In this document: positions 59,971 through 64,000 of the stretch, in pieces
Layout: each line of letters starts with the position of its first letter
How positions within the stretch are numbered: position 1 is the first letter of the stretch
DNA from: Candidatus Latescibacterota bacterium
Lineage (GTDB): Bacteria; Latescibacterota; UBA2968; GCA-2709665
Assembly: GCA_965219455.1 (NCBI GenBank)
Contig: OZ244744.1
Location: 5,696,001 to 5,760,000 of the forward strand
Reading direction: 5' to 3'
DNA: 64,000 bases
Position numbers and translations under genes: made by a program
Notes under the pieces: generated by a model
Databases searched by the model: none
Seen by the model: only the letters and a program-made list of their open reading frames with translations
Told to the model about the DNA's origin: nothing

Positions 59971-61521
59971 TCAACCGGAGGACGTGAATTGAAACGCATA
60001 CAGCTTGCAGTCGCGCATGACAAAACGTATCCTGATCGGCCTCCCCGACAACTCGCCGACCTTCGTCCTCTCTCCCCACCGCACGGGCATCCGTACGGAG
60101 TTGCCGCACAAAAATGAGGCGTCCGATTCGGTATAATTCGTTAACGGCCGACCCTGATGATCCTGCAACTCCACCTTCACCGAGCCTCCCCCGCCGGTAT
60201 CCAGGTTCAATTCCAGTTGCGCCCCCTCAAATCGAATTGCCGGCGTGACAAGTTCGCCGCCTCCGTAGTCGGCGTCCGCTGATACGAATCCATCCAACCG
60301 CATCACGGCACGGCCGATACCGCTGAGATGCCTTCCGGCCGACGGATCCACAACGCCGTCGTGATCCCTGTTTGTACCGCTGTAGTAAATCCACAACTCG
60401 TCCCCCATCGGTACGGGACTCGGCGTCGCCCATACCATGCGGGAAGAGAAACTCCCCTCCTTGCCGGGCGTCAGGAAGGCCTTGCGCCCGCCGCATCGCT
60501 GAAAGTTGACGCCGTCCCGGCTTACGGACAGCCGGGCGTCGAAGCGGCTGGGACCATAGATATTCTGGGTCTCTTCACGCGCAACGCCCATATCATCGCG
60601 CATGACGGTGACAATCGGCTCGCGGTCGTACCAATACCAGTTTGCGTTGGCCAGCATGACGTACACACCCTCGGGGTCCGGATATTTGAAGACCGAAGCG
60701 CCGTAGTAGTCGACCGGTACCCGACCGTAAGGGCGTTCCGGTCCCTCAGGTCGAAGGGGAAAGGGCGTCTCATAGGTGTCCATATCCACGTCGTCGGGTC
60801 GCATTACAATTCGCTGATTGCCCCATTCAAGCAGGTCGTCGGACTCCAGCCTGCGCACCGTCCGGTAGTTTATGTTTCCTCCGGCGGTCCCGTGCCGCTT
60901 TGCAAACCAGTGTCGGGTATACATGACGTAGCGCCTGACCGGCGGATCCCAGAAGACGATGGTTTGCGTATCCCACCCGCCGCGACTGAGCTCGACGTCG
61001 CGCAGCAACTTCCAGTGAATCCCGTCGGGCGACCCGTGCATGTGCAGATGCCCCCATACCTCGGGCGGCGAGTAGACTTTCGCCTGGTTCTTGTAGCGGA
61101 CCTCGGGCGGTGCGTGAGGATCGATCCACACGGAACTTCCCCCGATATCGCCGGGGATGACAACGTTATTCTGCGTTGTTCCGTTGGACTCAAACAGATC
61201 CAGGACCGGCTTGGTGAAATGGACGCCATCGTCGGACTCGGCGTAGGCCACGTGGGCTTCGTCCTTACCGGACCGGTAGTCGCCGATGCGAACGTGATAC
61301 CAGGCGCGTATCCTTCCGTCTGCGTCCTTTAAAATGCTGCTGTAAATTCCGTAACTCGCTCCAGGCCGCCGTTCCCAGGTCTGATCCGGCATCAGTACCG
61401 GTTCGTCCGCCTGATACGGCGGGTTCATCACCAAGTCGACACCTGCACTGGACGCAACGAACTTCGAATCCACGAACAACTGCTTTCCGGATCCCACTTC
61501 GATAATTTCATTCTGCATCAT
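59971..61521 (-). CDS. Hypothetical glycoside-hydrolase-like beta-propeller protein
   Basis: KQLFVD, YAESDDGVHF.KP, SPDGIHW, SRDGVNF and RLDGFVS repeats; C-terminal beta-sandwich ending LYAFQF. Confidence 0.6.
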   Translation of the reverse strand: MMQNEIIEVGSGKQLFVDSKFVASSAGVDLVMNPPYQADEPVLMPDQTWERRPGASYGIYSSILKDADGRIRAWYHVRIGDYRSGKDEAHVAYAESDDGVHFTKPVLDLFESNGTTQNNVVIPGDIGGSSVWIDPHAPPEVRYKNQAKVYSPPEVWGHLHMHGSPDGIHWKLLRDVELSRGGWDTQTIVFWDPPVRRYVMYTRHWFAKRHGTAGGNINYRTVRRLESDDLLEWGNQRIVMRPDDVDMDTYETPFPLRPEGPERPYGRVPVDYYGASVFKYPDPEGVYVMLANANWYWYDREPIVTVMRDDMGVAREETQNIYGPSRFDARLSVSRDGVNFQRCGGRKAFLTPGKEGSFSSRMVWATPSPVPMGDELWIYYSGTNRDHDGVVDPSAGRHLSGIGRAVMRLDGFVSADADYGGGELVTPAIRFEGAQLELNLDTGGGGSVKVELQDHQGRPLTNYTESDASFLCGNSVRMPVRWGERTKVGELSGRPIRIRFVMRDCKLYAFQFTSSG

Positions 61522-61562
61522 TCGGGCATCCCCTCTTTTGTGCCGAGACCGCGGTTGTGTGG

Positions 61563-63326
61563 TTAAGAGCCGTCACGACCCGGTGCGCGATTGTGTGCCT
61601 CACTCCATTCACGGACGTTTCGCCATAAATTCTCCGCATCGACTTTGAATCCGTGTTCAGTCAGACGTATGTAGGTACAACCCTCGTAGAAATTGTAGAT
61701 TTCGAATCCGTCACCGGCGATACGATGGATATTCCGCAATTCCATGTCCACGAATTCTTCCTCGCCCATGCCCTCGTATCTCGGATCGGGGGTGTAGGCC
61801 ATTCGCAGGTCAAGTTCCCTGCAGTGGTTCAGCGCTTTTCGATAGAATCGGTCGATTTCCCCCCGCTGTCCGGGCGAAAGACCCCTCGCCTGGAATCGCT
61901 TGAAATTCACAACGTCCACCCAGCCTTCCGCCAACCATTTCCGCCAGTTCCAGTACATCTGATAGATGCTCTGCTGCCGGGGCTGCCGATCCATGCCCGG
62001 ATATCCAGTCAGGTGTATCCATCGTTCTTTTCCGCGTGACCGAATCAGATCGGATGCGTCCTTCAGAAACAGATCGAAATATTCTCCCCGCAATTTCCGC
62101 CAGGCGCCCCGGTCGAATGATTCCCGCGTTATATCCACGCCGTATCGATCCCGAAACGCGTCGACAATGGGTTGCCCGAATCCGTAATTTTCCAAATCCA
62201 TATTCTGTGTATGACATTCCACCCGAATGTCCACCCCGTCGCAACCCGCGTCCAGTTCATACTGAACGACGTCGAGCAACCAGCGTCTGACGTCAGGATA
62301 CCCGAGTTCGACCGCAGAGGACAGAAACCGGTTTCTGCCACGGGCAATTCCGACAAAGGGAACCTTATCCACGTTCAGCCGATACCTTCCGGACGAATAC
62401 TGCCAGTCGACACCCCCGGGATGGTCTTCGAAAGGAACATGCCAGTTGGCGTCAAACCCGATGCCGGCTTCTTCGAACGAGCCGAGAGATTTCGAATAAT
62501 CCGACCGGGGGCAGAATCCCCACGTCAAGACGACGGGTTCTCCGTCCACGTCCTCCACTTCCACGAGTGCCGCGAGGGTGTTGGTAAGACCGACTTTATC
62601 TGCGAACCGGACACAAAAAAACGGTTGCGATATCTCGAGGCCGGAGATTTCGATGCAGGCAAAATCCCCTTCCTGCCCGAAACGTCTTTCCGGCGCCGGC
62701 GCAAATACCGGTGGCTTTCGCCTTCGCACGGAAACGTCGATCTCCCTGCGGCCCTTGTAGCGCGCGTAACGCGCATTCGTCTCACTCACAAACAACTCAA
62801 TGCCCGGAACTCTTCCCAGGCGATCGGTTTCGTGCCAGAAACGGATGGTCCCCACGGGTTTCCGGATACCCGCGGCTTCCATTTGACGGGGGTGGATCTC
62901 CACCCTCCGATCCGGGTGCTGACGGAGCCATCGGAATGCCATCTGGCCCGATCCCCCGATCTGGTGAATGCCCGGCATCACGTCGGGTGCGGTTCCCAGG
63001 GGATAAAACCGTCCTGGGCCGAAACTGGCCATATCGTTGATCTTATGCACAGCGTAAACTTTCATTCCGACACGATGCGCCTCCTCGCACAGAAACACCA
63101 GGGGATCGGGAACGGCCTCCACGAACTCGCGGGCTCTGCCCCTGAGATCGGTAGACGAACCCCGATCCCATTTGCCCATCTCCTTGTCCCCCATCTCAAT
63201 CCAGTGAATACCCGTCATCCCCAGATCGGCAACAAGGCGTATGTATTCCCGGAATCGTTCGGCGGTCCATGGAATCGCGCTGGCGGTGAAGTCGTCCCTG
63301 AAATCCAGAGTCAGATGAAATTCCAT
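61563..63326 (-). CDS. Hypothetical glycoside-hydrolase-like TIM-barrel protein (GHL10/DUF187-like)
   Basis: AHRVGMKVYA, YPDVR...DGVD, FRDRYG.D and W..WLAEGWVD motifs; AAGGA RBS. Confidence 0.55.
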   Translation of the reverse strand: MEFHLTLDFRDDFTASAIPWTAERFREYIRLVADLGMTGIHWIEMGDKEMGKWDRGSSTDLRGRAREFVEAVPDPLVFLCEEAHRVGMKVYAVHKINDMASFGPGRFYPLGTAPDVMPGIHQIGGSGQMAFRWLRQHPDRRVEIHPRQMEAAGIRKPVGTIRFWHETDRLGRVPGIELFVSETNARYARYKGRREIDVSVRRRKPPVFAPAPERRFGQEGDFACIEISGLEISQPFFCVRFADKVGLTNTLAALVEVEDVDGEPVVLTWGFCPRSDYSKSLGSFEEAGIGFDANWHVPFEDHPGGVDWQYSSGRYRLNVDKVPFVGIARGRNRFLSSAVELGYPDVRRWLLDVVQYELDAGCDGVDIRVECHTQNMDLENYGFGQPIVDAFRDRYGVDITRESFDRGAWRKLRGEYFDLFLKDASDLIRSRGKERWIHLTGYPGMDRQPRQQSIYQMYWNWRKWLAEGWVDVVNFKRFQARGLSPGQRGEIDRFYRKALNHCRELDLRMAYTPDPRYEGMGEEEFVDMELRNIHRIAGDGFEIYNFYEGCTYIRLTEHGFKVDAENLWRNVREWSEAHNRAPGRDGS

Positions 63327-63407
63327 TGTGCATCCTTTCGCGGTTTGGGTCTTATCCGGAGACGTCAATCGCCGGACACCAGACGTGGGGCATGAAGACC
63401 TCCCCCC

Positions 63408-63436
63408 TTGACATTGGCGATGCGAGGCCCTATCTT
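63408..63436 (+). promoter_or_regulatory. sigma70-type promoter
   Basis: TTGACA-17 nt-TATCTT upstream of the lectin-like gene. Confidence 0.7.
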
Positions 63437-63486
63437 GTAGCGTCAAGCCAAATCCTTTTTCGCACACAGAATCGAGTACATGCCGT

Positions 63487-63864
63487 ATGCCGCTGACCAT
63501 CAACAAAACCATCCGGCCAAACGCGATCTGGCAGGAGATGTATCTGCGGGTACAAAGCGATCAGCGCCTCGTCATTTCGGCCGAGGGCATATGGTCGCCC
63601 GAGATGCGTCCGGCCACCATCGTCTGGTGCAGCGCGAATGGAATCGAAGGCAACCTGGCCGGAGACGACTATCTTCTGCCCGGCACCAACGTAGGCGCCC
63701 TGATCTGCAGGGTCGGTTCGGATAATCCGCCCCTTGTTGCAGGGGTCTATTTCGACTTTTTCTCACCCTACCAAGGACCGCTATATATGGCAATGAACGA
63801 AAACCCCGAATATCAGAACCAGGCCGGCTCGATTCAGGCCCAGATCATTCTGTTTGAACCGTGA
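63487..63864 (+). CDS. LecA/PA-IL-like lectin-fold protein
   Basis: 125 aa. I.A.G.WS, GALI..VG, G.LY..MN and Y.N..GS...I follow the PA-IL pattern. Confidence 0.6.
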   Translation: MPLTINKTIRPNAIWQEMYLRVQSDQRLVISAEGIWSPEMRPATIVWCSANGIEGNLAGDDYLLPGTNVGALICRVGSDNPPLVAGVYFDFFSPYQGPLYMAMNENPEYQNQAGSIQAQIILFEP

Positions 63865-64000
63865 TCCTGGTCAACGTCGTCCGCTATCTCATCAGGGAGT
63901 ACGGCCTCTCCCTGGTCTTCGTTTCCCTCACGCTTGGCATATGGGAAGTGCTGGTGTTTGCATGGGACATTGCAGACTATATCCTGCCGGCGCCGTCGCG
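63861..64000 (+). CDS. ABC transporter permease (SsuC/TauC/ThiX-like), 3'-truncated by the window edge
   Basis: GTG overlaps the previous stop (GTGA). Translates MILVNVVRYLIREYGLSLVFVSLTLGIWEVLVFAWDIADYILPAPS, with the typical WE...YILPAPS motif. Confidence 0.7.
   Translation, partial: MILVNVVRYLIREYGLSLVFVSLTLGIWEVLVFAWDIADYILPAPS

Overview
Gene-dense, GC-rich bacterial chromosome segment from a diderm. The SprA-like barrel, LptFG and many glycoside-hydrolase-like genes suggest an FCB-group relative such as Latescibacterota or Gemmatimonadota; this placement is inference only. Left to right it holds: the 3' part of B12-dependent nrdJ, a tetraheme cytochrome c, tRNA-His and tRNA-Arg, an outer-membrane barrel plus beta-propeller lipoprotein pair, an nth-like gene, tetR, an HD hydrolase, an M23 peptidase, lptG/lptF, sprA-comEA-pilM-like-coaD-obgE-dprA, lexA, a hypothetical plus PqqD-like pair, an 11-subunit nuo operon lacking nuoEFG that is divergent from sufBCDSUT-rrf2-nuoB2-nfuA-radical SAM, an ATP-grasp gene, and a metabolic/carbohydrate region. 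The main result is two in-frame TGA codons that the ORF track treats as stops, each followed by a bacterial SECIS-like hairpin. One completes a CUAEP-tail radical SAM selenoprotein, a known family. The other joins a signal peptide to an outer-membrane beta-barrel, giving a candidate undescribed selenoprotein porin co-encoded with a beta-propeller lipoprotein. No integrase, transposase, CRISPR array or sel gene was seen. All assignments come from motif recognition by eye, without database searches.
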